A stretch of DNA of 61,277 bases, the filler included, from Globobulimina sp. (taxonomy: Eukaryota): NCBI GenBank assembly GCA_003354225.1. It is 8 parts of 8 records of this genome, joined end to end, with 100 filler letters (N's around TTAATTAATTAA, not from the genome) between each part and the next. Parts side by side here need not be neighbours in the genome. Positions count along the whole stretch, not along the records: positions 23,089 to 30,674 come from PIVH01000139.1; positions 30,775 to 38,344 come from PIVH01000140.1; 6 more parts are not named here. One strand, 5' to 3'. This document shows, in pieces, positions 23,184 to 36,433 of this stretch. The translations under genes and the position numbers were made by a program. The notes below the pieces were generated by a model, which saw only the letters and a program-made list of their open reading frames with translations, was not told the origin of the DNA and did no database searches. Numbering within the stretch: the stretch's first letter is position 1; every line of letters begins with the position of its first letter.

Positions 23184-26100
23184 TCATTGTTGATCATCAA
23201 CCATTGGAGACAATTTTGAATCAATTTCCTGTGAAATATCGCGAATAATTCGAAATGAACTGCTGATTGGCTCCACAATCGAAGAATAAAATGTTTCTGG
23301 AATGGTATTTTGTGGTGTTTGGATGCCAAATTTCTCCAAAATAGTGTCCGCAGAAACAATATATTTGACGGAAGGAAAAGGCGGCTCAAATTTATATGTG
23401 TCGTGATTAAAAGTTCTCTTATTATTGTTTTCTGATTGTTTTTTGTTTGACATTTGCGACGAAATGGAAGTCGAAGAGGTTTGCGATTTTTTATGTGTAT
23501 GTTGCTGTTGTTGTTGCTGTTGCTGTTGATCCGACAGTCTTTCTTTCTCATTAATCGTTTTCAAGGATTCTTTCTCGTTTTTCTTGTGTTTGATAATAAT
23601 CTCATTATAGTCGCGATGATATTTTTTGAATGTTTTGCCGATATTATCAAATGGCCGCAAGTCGAGCGGCAAAATAAATGTTTGATTGCCCCACTTTGCG
23701 TCAAAGATGTCGGTGACGGAGAAATCATCGATGTTTGTCTTTGCATTGTAATGTAAGTGGCAGACTGGCACAGCGATTAAATCTTTGGTCGACGACAACG
23801 CCGCGTGGTTTTGTTCATTTTTTAAGGCATTCGGATCTAAAATAAATTGAATCGGCACCACATACAAACCATGCTCCACTTTGCCATTATTTTGATCGTG
23901 GCGCTCCTGCGAATTGTCATTATTTTTAATGCCAAAATAAACATTAATATCATCCTCAATTAACTGCGTATGGTCGTCTTCCAAATATTCTTTGCATTTT
24001 CTGTTGAATAGAAATTTGAAATAATTTAAATGCAGCCGGACATAGTTATTTTTCTGGTTATTGTCCACATACAAAATAAGGCCAACACTCCGTGCTTTTA
24101 ATTCAAAATTGCCGATCACAAATAGCGGCGTATCCGGATCCAATCTGTCCGTCGGACCAAAAAAATCTGACGCTGACAACTGCGATTTCCATGACAACGG
24201 AGATAAGCCACGATTGGTATAATAGCGCGTAAATACGGACTCGCTCAAAGACGGTTGCTTAGAAAGTGTTAATTCTGGCTTTGATAATATCACTTTTGTG
24301 CCATTGCCATCGTCCTCTTCTTTGTTATTATTATTATTGTTCAGATTGCCATCTTTCTCCTTCTTTTCTTGCAAATGCGTGGCAATGTCATTTTGTTCCC
24401 GTTTCATAAACGCAGCAATTGTGTAATACGCAGATAACAAATATGGGATTGAATGCGGCGCCAATCGCAGAACAATGCCTTCTTCCAATTCCAACAAAAT
24501 ATTCACCACAAAATCGGCATTATTATTGGTTGCCGACGGCGGAGAATCTTGGATTTCAATGTGCATCGCCGAAGTTGTGTTCATTTCAATTAATTTGCGC
24601 AACGTCAAGGTTTTCAATAAAATGTTTGTTTGCGGCACACTGATTTGTAAGCGGTTGATGCCACATTTGATGCTGTTATTGAATGGATTGTGTGCATTTG
24701 CATTATTTTGGTTATTCACCAGATTGTTATTCGGATTGTAATGATGCAAAAAGGAGATGGTCATCACATCATTCATTCGGAAGGAGCCTTGTAAGGGTTC
24801 CAATTTCTTCATTAATGCGCCGCGTTTCCTCTTCCACGAACTTCCGGGCTCACTTTGATTATTTGCCACATTGACGGCCATCGCAGCTAAATTCTTAATA
24901 TTGTTCAGCATGGAAGTGGCTGAGTGCTGCGACGATTTATTATTATTTTGCATTGTATTTCGTTGCCGAGAGCTCCGACTTCGATCTGAAAACTCAATGA
25001 ATCCGTGATAAGTTAGCCGAGCGCGGATTAAATGATCCTTGTTATTATTGAGCATAAAGCCGTCGTCTTGGTATAAAAAGACAAATTGATCCAATCCGGC
25101 TTTAATATGCGTACTAATCAATGGCAAATCTGTCAGATCGCAGACAAAACGGATTTTATCTTTGATGCAGAATAATATATATCGCGCATTATATTGCTGC
25201 AGATTGCTATGCTTATTATTATGGAATGGGCTGTGTGGATCATCCGAGGCTTTGTAATGTGGCACTTTCGGGATCGACAGTTGTTTCTCGATGCATTTTA
25301 TGAATAAATTGGTGGTAATAATGCCCAGCGCAGAGGTGTGAATCACTACTTTTTCCAATGAGATCAAGGTGGTAATAATCGGCAAACCGTCGGCTCGCAA
25401 GTTATGTCCTTGCGATCGTTGGATATCTAAATCAAAGCGGATATGCGTCATCAAGCCATAGTTCTTTTTGTTTAAATGATTGTATGCGTTGGAATGCGAT
25501 TTTTGTAGGATCTTCATGGAGACCTTGGGGATGGATATGGTTAATATGTCGGTGTAGGACGTATGAGTCGCGGCGTCCAAATCTAATGAGGTATGGCACC
25601 AACAGATTGAGATCGGGTCGTTTACATTGAAGACACACTCCAATTTATCGTAAATTGGTTGACACGAAAGTGTGGTGTTCAAATTGGCGATCGATACACA
25701 AAGGGTGTGGTTGGATACTTTGTTCTTATTATCTTTGTTGTTGTTGTTGTTGCTCTCTTTATTTATATGATGCTCATAAATGCCTTCCGTCGATGCAATA
25801 TTTAAGCATTCAATGGTGGCGCCCACAAAGTGTAGGAAGTGCATATCCAACGAGATTTTGTCAAAGTTGATCAACACAAAGGTGTCAGACTCAATTTGTT
25901 CGGGACTCAGCGAGATGGACGAAAATAATTTGATATATGGCAATGATATGACCGAAGGCAGATTGCTCTCATTTTTATTCGGGTTTGGTGTGGCTAGCGA
26001 CAATTTGCCGCCTCGCCATTCGAAGTTTATATCCAAATCCCAGTTTGGCAGCATTTGCTTTTTATTGCCCACATTTAGCATATTTTGCTCCATCGAATTG

Positions 26101-29100
26101 TTTGCTTTGTCGCCACCAATTAACTCCGTCACCACACCGCGCGGATTCACATCAAACTCATTGTTGATATCTGTTATGTTTATGATTAACTGCAATATGT
26201 TTGGCTGAATTATGGATTTAACGTCGGCCACGACAATATTTGATTTGATAAAGTATTTATTGGTCTGCTTCTCTTTGCAATTAATATCCTCCTTATTCAA
26301 GCAATGCAAGCTATGTTTGAACACGCTCCGGGCATTAAACTCTATGAATCGCCATCGATTCGAAAATATGTTTTCAAAATGCTGATATCGCTCAATCTTC
26401 CACATATTGTCTATATTCACCTTTTCGTCCAAGCCAGCAATCACATTGGAAGCACGTATATCGATGGTCAGCTTTATTTGCTTCGACTGAGCGTACAAAT
26501 CATTCGATTTGATGCCGGCCTGAGCTTCGTGGCAATAGAGACTGACAAACTGAATCTGCTCCGTATTATCCCCTCTGTTGTTGATGTGGTTGATATGCGT
26601 CGATAAGAGGGGCCGATCCGCATTGTAATGCTGCCCCAATACTGCCACACACAAAAAGTTCTTAACCGACACCATCGACGTAAAATAAATGTGATTGCTG
26701 AGCATGTCAATGGCCTCCGTCTCCACCATTTGTGGCCGCAGTTTCTTTTTCCTCTCTTTGTTGCCATATTGGCCCGAATGCAAACTGAATGTGGTGCTGT
26801 GTGGTACGTGCACAGTGGAGGGAGACACTGCGGGCACCGATAATTGGTCCGTTCTGGCCGGATAATTCTTGTCTGAGTTTGGTTTCGTTATGTTTTTGTC
26901 GTGTTTCTTTTGCGAGGAAGTCACCGAAACATTGGTGTTAATATTATTGGCGTTCACTGCGATGGTATTCGTATTGGTCCACGACAAATGTGTACCGAAC
27001 TCAGTGTCTTCCCGGTAATCTGGCAACAGCGCAGAGCGGGCGCCGGCAACCTGCGTCGAGGAGAAATTCTGCATTGAAGGCATACGCGACAACAATACGC
27101 GTTTAATGCCGTCGATTTCCTGAATGACATTGGTGCTCACCGTCGTTTTGAACTCCTCCTCGTATTTATACATTAACATTTGCAGCACCGTCACCACAGA
27201 GGGCGTCAATTGGATTTGTGTCTGCATCAAATTGACATCCTGCGATACGTGCCATTGGTCGCGTACTTTCTGCACAAAAGCAATGATTTCAATGTTAGAG
27301 CGTGCGTGCAACGGCAATATCGGTCGAATGTTATCATGGCTCTCGGAGCTGACGCTATGACTGCTTTTCTGTTGGGAGCTGGTGGCAGCGGCGGCGTATA
27401 ATTTGCGTTTGGTACGTTTGGATGTCGAATTTTTAGTGACCAACTTCTTCGGTTTTTTCCTTTTGGATTTGTTTGCTTTGTACATTTCTTTATCATTGAT
27501 GACAATGCGCGTATTGCTAAATGTTTGGTACAATTTACTCTTAACATGCTTGCGTTTGCCGTGCTGCTCTTCCGTCCGCGTCGTATCCTCGTCGTTGTCG
27601 TCCAGCTCGTCCCGACACGAAAAGGGGCCGCTCGAACTGCTCTCCGAATCTGTACTGTCATATTCATCGTCATCCACAAATACGACTTTATTCTCATCGC
27701 CATACCGATCGCGATATTCATCGTCGCCATCACCAGTGGCTTCGTCCCAGACTTCCAAACTGATATAATCCGCGCTGTTCAGCATCATCGCAATTTTGTC
27801 CGTACGCACGGGTAAATATTCCGGCGTGTATACAATTTGCAAGTTAAGTGGTCCGGACTTGGCCACAGCGCGTACATTTGGCGTATCTGTCAATGATATG
27901 TTGGCATCCAAGCCTTCAAAGGCTATGTTGACTTGAATCGTAGTTTGGGGCAAATAGCCAGCACATTTGGTCAAGACTGTATGTTCCGGACTGTGTTTAC
28001 CAAGGAAATTATGCTTTATTTTCGACACTGAATCGCTGATTTCTTCATATACTTTAATCACTGTGCTGGCTTCGTTGCGCAACCTGGAATATAAACGAAT
28101 TAAACTCCCAAACATCTTCTCAGAGACTTGCGCATTCATTTTAGATAAGGCAATAGTTGCTACAATGGTCACTTTCTCTGATTTTTCATACAGCTCATCC
28201 TCGTCTGCAACGGAGCCAATTTCAAATGAAGAATATTTCTCGGAGTTGTATTTATGTATAGGGGAGGTTTGGGATTCTTTTTTTGTCACAATACGCGTTA
28301 ATATATAGGGGAATTTCTGGGTATTTATACTGGCAATGTGTGGATTGTGAATATAGGATTGGATGTCTTTGGCCATTCTACGCGAAGCTTGTGGCGCTTT
28401 ATAGACAATAAAATCTAATTTGTGTTGTTTTTTGCCAGCTTCAATGGCTGCAGTATGATGCGAGTTATTTGGTATTCTGAAATGTGACGTTATTGATTCT
28501 AAGGTGTAGATACAAACACATTTCTCACTTATCCACGACCGGAACTTAAAATGTTCTAAATTTGCAACTAAATCAATGCAACGTGGCTGTATTTCGACAG
28601 ATTCGTTGTAATCCCAACTGGGCAAATTATTTTGTATGGAGCTGATATCCGATTTCTTGACGTTTTGTTGAATGGAAGTTAACCACGGCTCGACTAATTG
28701 TTTGAGATCTAACCGTTTACGATTTGATTTGGAATCTAATATGCGATCGAACAATATCTGCGAGACACATTTCTCAGCGTCTATGGCAATGGATACCTGT
28801 TCTATATAGCTGCCATTTTGTGGCGCATTTTTGGTGTTTTTAGAGAGTGGCGTCGCAGTTTTAAGTGGTATTGGTGTATGTGGTTCAGTCCGCGGTGTGT
28901 CCACATTGATATTGGTTGTTTTTGTATTGCCGACCACCTGCACGGAAGTGGAGGTGCTATATCCTCGTTGATGGAAGTCGTCGTTGGAAGTATTGATGTT
29001 TGTGCCGCGAATTAAATTTGGAATAGACGATATGCTGATGGTTGGCTCATGTAATCCCAATTTAAATATAACTTGTCTGTCATCGAATGTTGACATGGTA

Positions 29101-29119
29101 GAAAATTGTGAATGTCCAC
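23184..29119 (-). CDS. Bridge-like lipid transfer protein BLTP1/KIAA1109/Csf1-like, C-terminal ~1970 aa
   Basis: Extreme C-terminus ADTILEKFGIQTPQNTIPETFYSSIVEPIS resembles the KIAA1109/Csf1 terminal motif; many beta-strand-like blocks separated by low-complexity loops; possible acceptor cacacag at ~29120. Confidence 0.6.
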
Positions 29120-29314
29120 CTGTGTGTTATTGAGAAACATCAATTTACAGGAAATATTTATGGGAATTAATGGCAAAAAAGGCGTACGTTGGTTGCATAA
29201 AACATGCTAATTCTTATAAGAAAGGAAATATTTTGTGTAAGTGTAAAGATACAGCATTATGATATCAATAACAAATTATAATCGGATAGAAGAATAACAT
29301 AAATTAGAAGAAAA

Positions 29315-30674
29315 ATGGATCTACACAACAACCAAAGATCTGTGACTTGGTCCTTCCTAAAAAACGAATTTGAAACCAAAAAGTTAAGCCATTGATTTGT
29401 TCCACAAAACTGTTGTTTTTATCACGTTGTTAAAATATGTTCAGAAAACACTCAAAACAAAGTAAATTGGATGGATTTGGATTTGAACCTCAACCATTTT
29501 ACAATGCACAAGCACTAATTCGATCACTCGCATTCCATCCATCGGGGCAGTCTCTATGCATTGGTTCTGGCGATGGACAGATTGAAATATTTGATACATT
29601 ACATGTCAACCAACAAGAAACACGCTTCCCTAAATTTGTAGGGCAGCAATACCACAAACAATCCATTCTCAACCTACGTTATTCACCGGATGGCAGCTGT
29701 ATTGCATCGTGCTCCAATGATAAAACAATCCGCCTCATCGATATGAGAGACCTATCGTGTCGATATAGAGCGGCATACCACAACAACATACAAATAAAAC
29801 CTCAACACATTCTACACAATGGACATACTATGCGATGCATACATTTCCCATCCTGCTTACAAGTGTTATCAGGCGAATCTGGTCAATGTTCTCTTAGGTT
29901 ATGGGACATTACAAAATGTAAACTCATTGGCAATTGGAATGAACATATCCGTGGTATCACAGCCATCCAATCTTACGACAACCTGATTGTCACCAGCGGC
30001 ATTGACAAAGTTAAACAAATATATTTTTTTTGTCTATATTTCATCAGAGTTAACAATGAAAACAAAACAGAAAATAGTAGTTTGGGATCTGAACCAGCCA
30101 AATCCCATCAACGTCATCAATCGATATCCAGCTCGTGTCAACGATATAAAGCTCATCAAATACCCGTCAGACTACCACGTAATTGCAGCCTATGCAGGTA
30201 TATAATTAGTACATGTTTCCATTTTGATGTATATAACAAAACAGTAATATAACCAATAAAATATCACAGATAACGCTTTAATATGCTACAGTTTAGCACG
30301 AGGTTGCATTGTTTGGCAATGTGTAGCTCACCAAACAAGCTGCAATGCATTATCCATATCAACAGACAACAAACTATGTCTTTCATCATCACTCAATGGT
30401 CAAATCGTTGTAAACCAGTGCAGAACCGGTCAATTATTAAGTACTTTACGTCAAACACACGGAAACGTGACAATCGAATGGAATCCAACACAAGCAATGT
30501 TTGCCAGTGCCACACACAAAGGAGCTGTCAACTTCTGGCAGTGTACTATTTAATATATACAAATAAAAAACTGATGAAACATCATCGAGTTCGACTGCTA
30601 GCAATAACCTTGCGTCCATCTTCCATATATTGACTAAAATGTGGTGGTATTCATCGCGGAAGCCACTAAACGAA
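29315..30674 (+). CDS. WD40-repeat protein (WDR47-like by eye), multi-exon, 3' end unresolved
   Basis: IRSLAFHPSGQSLCIGS, HKQSILNLRYSPDGSCIASCSNDKTIRL, LRLWD. Short first exon from ATG 29315 with a gttaag donor; further introns near 30010-30075 and 30198-30269. Confidence 0.75.
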
Positions 30675-30774
30675 NNNNNNNNNNNNNNNNNNNNNNNNNN
30701 NNNNNNNNNNNNNNNNNNTTAATTAATTAANNNNNNNNNNNNNNNNNNNNNNNNNNNNNNNNNNNNNNNNNNNN

Positions 30775-31296
30775 CAGGCTTGGCCAGTTTGATGAGAGCA
30801 ACTGACATCGCTTGGTCCTTTTTGTGGGGTTATGTATATATAATATGTTATGTATGAATGTGTGTGTAAGTAACAAAGCATGTTTATAAACCATATAGGA
30901 ATAATATTTTTTAATCAATTACCAAATTATTTAACAATCATTGGAGCACTAACAATGTTTACAAGTGTTTTCATGGTCTCATTGGAAAAAATAAAAAAAG
31001 CAGCGCAAACAAATGAGGTTGAGATTGATTTGGAAAAAGTGGATAAAACTGAATATAGTGTGCATACTACAGATGTATGGTCAGTCTCTGTGGAGAATGT
31101 AAAGAAGGAAGGATACCGCGGGAATAAAGGAAAGGAAATATTGGTGATAAATACTAAAACGAGTAAAGTAAGTACTATGCAATATGTTGCATTGCCGGAG
31201 GAAAATGAGACTTTTAGCAGTAGCGATGATGATGGTGTTTCTAATGAAAATGAACTGACTCCATCACCAGAGATTAATATTGTTAATAGTTTATAA
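30775..31296 (+). CDS. 3' end of EamA/DMT (SLC35G-like) transporter
   Basis: Exon AGLASLMRATDIAWSFLW, intron, then GIIFFNQLPNYLTIIGALTMFTSV, typical of the last DMT helices. Confidence 0.7.
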
Positions 31297-31528
31297 TACC
31301 ACGTCGTGTCATATATAATTTTATAATACAATGTTGTTATGCATTTAATCTGGAACTGTCTCTGATTTATGTTAATATCTTTTTTTTTAAATTGTCATGA
31401 CTTTTTTTTCCTTTGTCATGACTTTTTTTATTTTATGCAGAAAATAAATATTCCACTGGTGGATAAAGTAGATGTTTTTCTTTAATTAGCTATATTTAAA
31501 TATTTTACATCAAAAACGTTATGTTTGG

Positions 31529-32512
31529 TCACTTTGATGGTTTCTCAACACACAGCCTTCTTTTTGTAGTTACTAAGTGTCTCTGTGCCAATCTTGTACA
31601 ACATTTAACACACATTTTATGGAAGATATTGCAGCACACAAAATACCAATCAATGGCAAAATCAAATGATAAAAATACTAATAATGAAGAAATAATACAA
31701 TCAAATGCCCAAAAATATGCCCAACAGTAATCCAATAAAAGATATTGATAATCAGTGGAAAATACGCAAATAGATAATATTAACATAATCTGTGACACCA
31801 AAATAAATACTGTTGTCAATATTGTATTTTTGCTCATTATATTAATAACTGATATTTGTTTCGTTGATATTATGCTCGTAATAGAGTGCAATGAAAGAGT
31901 AGTATGGTCGTCATTTTTTACAATAAAATTCTGAGACCCTCTTAAGACAGAAATATCTTTGTTTAAAAGCCATAGCTTTTTCGTAAATAAATACATCAAA
32001 GTTATTGATAATATTAAATCAATAATGGCTGAAATAATATACGATGTGGCTGAGAACCATAAAACTCGTTTTTTATGCAATAACTTTATCCAAATATATA
32101 AAAATATATCTTTGATGATATCAACCATTAAAAATGAAACAGACAAAGAATAAAATAAAGTGTAAGTAATTTGTTTTGATGAATATTTTGTATTTTTGAA
32201 CACGAATTTTAAACGCTTTATAAATAATATGTAGGTCAAAATTTGTGCAATTCTCCAAGTCGTTGAATTAATGTATATTAACAATAATTGTTCATCGTTA
32301 TGTGGAACATGGAACGATGATTCAACAGAAAATCTAATAGACATTGATGTGGAAGATAGACCATATGAGATTATAGATATTAATGATATTATTTTCATTG
32401 ATTTTGTAGTGTTGCCGCCATCTACAAAACAAATATATAACAATGCGAATAATAGCCAAACCACGCAAATTATTGCAGCAGCGGCGTGCGCATAAGATAA
32501 AGCTTGCTGCAT
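31529..32512 (-). CDS. Intronless seven-transmembrane (GPCR-like) protein
   Basis: 327 aa, about seven hydrophobic segments, long loop after TM5, Cys-rich juxtamembrane tail (CCNIFHKMCVKCC). Confidence 0.75.
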   Translation of the reverse strand: MQQALSYAHAAAAIICVVWLLFALLYICFVDGGNTTKSMKIISLISIISYGLSSTSMSIRFSVESSFHVPHNDEQLLLIYINSTTWRIAQILTYILFIKRLKFVFKNTKYSSKQITYTLFYSLSVSFLMVDIIKDIFLYIWIKLLHKKRVLWFSATSYIISAIIDLILSITLMYLFTKKLWLLNKDISVLRGSQNFIVKNDDHTTLSLHSITSIISTKQISVINIMSKNTILTTVFILVSQIMLILSICVFSTDYQYLLLDYCWAYFWAFDCIISSLLVFLSFDFAIDWYFVCCNIFHKMCVKCCTRLAQRHLVTTKRRLCVEKPSK

Positions 32513-32557
32513 CGGATAGTGATTAAATAAAAAACTTTACTGAGTGAACTGTTGGTA

Positions 32558-34135
32558 ATGTCTCAATCCGAACACTTTTATTCTATTACAACTCTCAATG
32601 ATTTATATCGATATGTTGGACAATATGAAATTCCATTGAATGAGCAAACTGTACTATCAAAATTAGGTTCAATTATCCGTAATTACCTCTACAAAGGTAC
32701 CAAAACAGTTAAATCTTTGAAAATAAATTGCAAAATTGGGATGGAAGATCGTTTGGTATCATGTCGTGCCTCATTAATACCAACATCTCGTAATAAAAAA
32801 CAAACAGACTTTTATTGTGCATTTAATATTCGTAGAGCCAAATCATGGAAGGAACCGAATGCCGTTTTATTTACATATCCAAAATATTTAAGTTCAAAAC
32901 ATAAAGATAGTGACAGAGGGATTCGATTAGATTTTTTGGCTCAAAAACAATTAAAATATATGGTAATGGCTACATATATTAAACCAAAACATAAAAAAAG
33001 AAGAAGAGGCTCAACCCCAATAAAAGCAAACAAATATTTGCCATCTACAAAATTAATTACATCGAAAAGTAAACCACTGATATATAATAAAAAGAATAAT
33101 ATGAATATCAGTGGTATGCCATCAAGAATTGCATGCAATGCAGCTATCATCTATGGGCAAGATAATTTATTATGGGCTTTGTTTAAAAATAAAGCAAAAA
33201 TAATTGATCACAATGCATGGTTACCAATATTAAGTTTATGGAAACAAAAAGAAGCAAATATTGTCTATATGCTACGAGGAGTAAACACGAAAAGATCCGA
33301 ACAACAGAACTCCGTTGGGAATCAAGTTAAAAATCCATGCAAATTTTATAGGATAACTGTAAGAGAAAAAGAAGTTGTTTGCAAAAATATATTTGATTTC
33401 CCATATGTCGATAATATTAAACATGAATTTACATTCTTTGACATTGATACCCAATCCGTATTGCTTGTGATTAATAAAAATAAAAACATTCAATTACAAA
33501 TAATTCAACATATTAATAATAAAAGCAGCGTTGGAAAAGTTTTTATTGCACAAAGTTATACCAAATATGTAGCAAACAATAAATTAAATTCATCACAATT
33601 ATTCCATATGAAATTAGAAAAGGAATCATTGAGAATATGCTTAGTTCCACCACCTGGATATTTATATTTGTTCCATCATTGTCGATGTCTCAACTTCTTT
33701 CATGAAAAACGATCAGATTCATTCATTTTATTGTTACAAAAGTACGATGAAAATAAAAGCAAAATATTATTAAAATTGAATATTAATTTTGTAAAAAGAA
33801 AAATTGAATCTATTTCATTTGGAATTGTAAATGAAAACAAATTCATTAATAACAGATTTAATATTATTGGATATGATTATCACCGTTCATTATTACTCAT
33901 TGATACGTATTATGAGACATTGTGTCCATTGGCGTCAAATCGATGTTCATTTGGAAAAAACAAGAAAATATTATCAAATGATATATATTGTCAATACAGT
34001 AAATGGTTTACGTTTGCATCTAATAATTTATTCGTGAAAAAAAAATACCAAATTATTACAAAACAATTTATTGCATTGTCATTAAACGATTTTGTGGATG
34101 GCTGGAACAATATATATCCGTCAAAAATACATTAA
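32558..34135 (+). CDS. Hypothetical basic protein (525 aa) with NLS-like KPKHKKRRR
   Basis: Long uninterrupted ORF in very AT-rich DNA; no family recognised. Confidence 0.6.
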   Translation: MSQSEHFYSITTLNDLYRYVGQYEIPLNEQTVLSKLGSIIRNYLYKGTKTVKSLKINCKIGMEDRLVSCRASLIPTSRNKKQTDFYCAFNIRRAKSWKEPNAVLFTYPKYLSSKHKDSDRGIRLDFLAQKQLKYMVMATYIKPKHKKRRRGSTPIKANKYLPSTKLITSKSKPLIYNKKNNMNISGMPSRIACNAAIIYGQDNLLWALFKNKAKIIDHNAWLPILSLWKQKEANIVYMLRGVNTKRSEQQNSVGNQVKNPCKFYRITVREKEVVCKNIFDFPYVDNIKHEFTFFDIDTQSVLLVINKNKNIQLQIIQHINNKSSVGKVFIAQSYTKYVANNKLNSSQLFHMKLEKESLRICLVPPPGYLYLFHHCRCLNFFHEKRSDSFILLLQKYDENKSKILLKLNINFVKRKIESISFGIVNENKFINNRFNIIGYDYHRSLLLIDTYYETLCPLASNRCSFGKNKKILSNDIYCQYSKWFTFASNNLFVKKKYQIITKQFIALSLNDFVDGWNNIYPSKIH

Positions 34136-34640
34136 AGTTCATGTTGCATTGTATCAGGTAAAGTATTGTGCGCCGTGTCTTTTTGTCATTGTTTTATGTG
34201 TTTCAATATGGCATAATTATAAACTTTTTTTTTCCTTCAAATTTAATTTTTTTTTTGATTTTTTTTTTTAATTTTTGCCACTTTCTATTTCTTATTATTA
34301 TCTATTTTATATATTTTTATCACATGAATGACTTTTTTATTTTTTCTGCAATTTTTTTACTTTTTATTGAATTATTGTTATGTGGATGTATTTCTTCAAT
34401 ACATTTTTTGTATAATTGTATTAAATGCTATTATTTTTTCTCCCTTAAATCACGCGTACGTCCGGAAAAATATCTATTTAAGCTAGCGAACAGTCTGCGA
34501 ACTGCATAGAAAGAATCGTGCACGAAATAGTACAGTATGACGAGAGTCTGACACCTTCGTAAACTACAGTATAACCGCAATAATAATTTATGACTTTTGA
34601 GAATGCTACTAAATTGAACAGAAATTACGCATTATTCGTT

Positions 34641-35351
34641 TTACATAATAACACAACCTTTGCACGAACCATGTACATTCTTTTGTGGCTTGTACAATGA
34701 CACTCTTATTGCGTTGTCAAACACTTGTTTCATTCCTTCCTGTGTCAATGCTGAACACTCATGAAATCCCGCAAATCCACCAATTTGATTTGCCAATGAT
34801 TGTCCCTTTTCGGTTGTTATCAATGCTGCATTTGCAGTCTTAAGCTTTTCATCATTCCTTAAATCACTTTTGGTAGCAACCAATATCTGTGCGTTATAAT
34901 TAATTTGTTGTGCATGCAAGCAATAGATATGGATATGGATATAAATAAGAAAATGCATACCATTGGAGTATCCGGAGAATATCGCATCAGTTCAGGAACC
35001 CATTTGAATTTGACATTTTCGTATGAAGTGATGGAGGTTATAGAATAACACACAATAAAAACATCTGTTTGAGGATACGAAAGCGGTCTTAATCGATCAT
35101 AATCTTCTTGACCAGCACTGCGTAGAACAGATTGTTACAGATTTATATTCAATATTAAATGTTAAAAATAAGACATACGTGTCCCATAAGCCTACACTGA
35201 TGGCCTTGCCATCAACAACTACGTTTGCCGAGTAATTATCAAAAACTGTCGGTATGTATTCTCCTGGAAACGCATTTGTTGTATACGAGATTAATAAACA
35301 GGTTTTACCAACGGCTCCATCACCCACTACAACACATTTGATAGATTGCAT
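34641..35351 (-). CDS. Rac: Rac-family GTPase, 3 exons, intact (191 aa)
   Basis: Exons 35351-35179, 35117-34961, 34886-34641 (576 nt): [43 protein letters not shown], CaaX CVIM. Confidence 0.95.
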
Positions 35352-35788
35352 TTTGCTTTTACCTCAAATTTAATTCTAAATGTGTACGTCCAAATGAGTC
35401 GGAATTTGTTTTTATTTGCTGCGAATTTGCTAAGGTATTCCACGCGATGTCATCAAATTCATCAGCTACATTGATTTATACCGTCATAATTAATTAATTC
35501 ATAATTCCCCAAAATAGCGAAAACTTACATAAACTATCCTCACTCCAACTCAACTACCCAAAATAGCGAAAAACTGCGTAAACTGTCCTATATCATCCCC
35601 CGTAGCCAAGTCCATCCACATTATGTCAGGAGATTGGTCTGATTTTTGTGAATGCTTTGCCAAAATGAGAAGCAATGTGCAACAATTTCAAAACATTTTA
35701 ACAAACGTTGAGTAATGATGTTTCTTTTTTAATTTCGTTACATTAAATCCAAAAAATATCAACATACAGAATCGGGATTCATACTATA

Positions 35789-36124
35789 ATGGACCTAATG
35801 GTGGAACAGCAGACGGTATGTACGACTATATGCTATTTAAAGTTACACATAAATAACTTGAACATTACATGTCATCGTGTCATTGTGTCATTGCGTATTT
35901 GCGATTGCAAAATATACACAGATCCATTTGCTTTAGACGGAACATCCGGAGGTAATGAAGGATTATCATCAACTACATTGCTGTTGACTTTATTTCTAAT
36001 ATTAATTATTGGAATGTTGTATCAAGTTGGAAGAAATACAAAAAAAATACAAGAAACTGTTGATTGTGCGCCACTAAACAGAGACAGAAACGATAGAAAT
36101 TTTGACCCTCCAGAAATTGATTAA
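35789..36124 (+). CDS. Small single-pass membrane protein, probably spliced
   Basis: TM segment LLLTLFLILIIGMLY; probable intron gtatgt (~35816) to cacag (~35921); upstream exons unclear. Confidence 0.45.
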   Translation: MDLMVEQQTVCTTICYLKLHINNLNITCHRVIVSLRICDCKIYTDPFALDGTSGGNEGLSSTTLLLTLFLILIIGMLYQVGRNTKKIQETVDCAPLNRDRNDRNFDPPEID

Positions 36125-36433
36125 AAAAAGTGCATTCTCATATTGTTAATTGTTTTATATCAATTTTTAAATACATACAAACATGCAAACAAATTTAAAC
36201 CTCAAATTCTGTCTTTTCTTTTTCTTTTTTTTTTATATTATCGTTAATTTTATTGCTGTTTTGGGATTATTTTATTTTTGTTATCGTCACTTTTTAATTA
36301 CACCTTCTTCAGTCCCTTTGTTGCGAATTGCCGTGTTTTTTTGTTTTGGTTGTAACTAATATGAAAACGTGTACTTTAGTCTTAGAATCGACAAGAGCTG
36401 CGAGGTAATATTATATTACACAGAATTACAAGA

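Noticed and set aside
31391-31429. Twice-repeated ttgtcatgactttttt resembling an intrinsic terminator
   Set aside because: Eukaryotic 3' intergenic region; a simple local duplication with no support for function.
34168-34509. Phe-rich 113-aa ORF
   Set aside because: Translation of T-rich low-complexity intergenic DNA.
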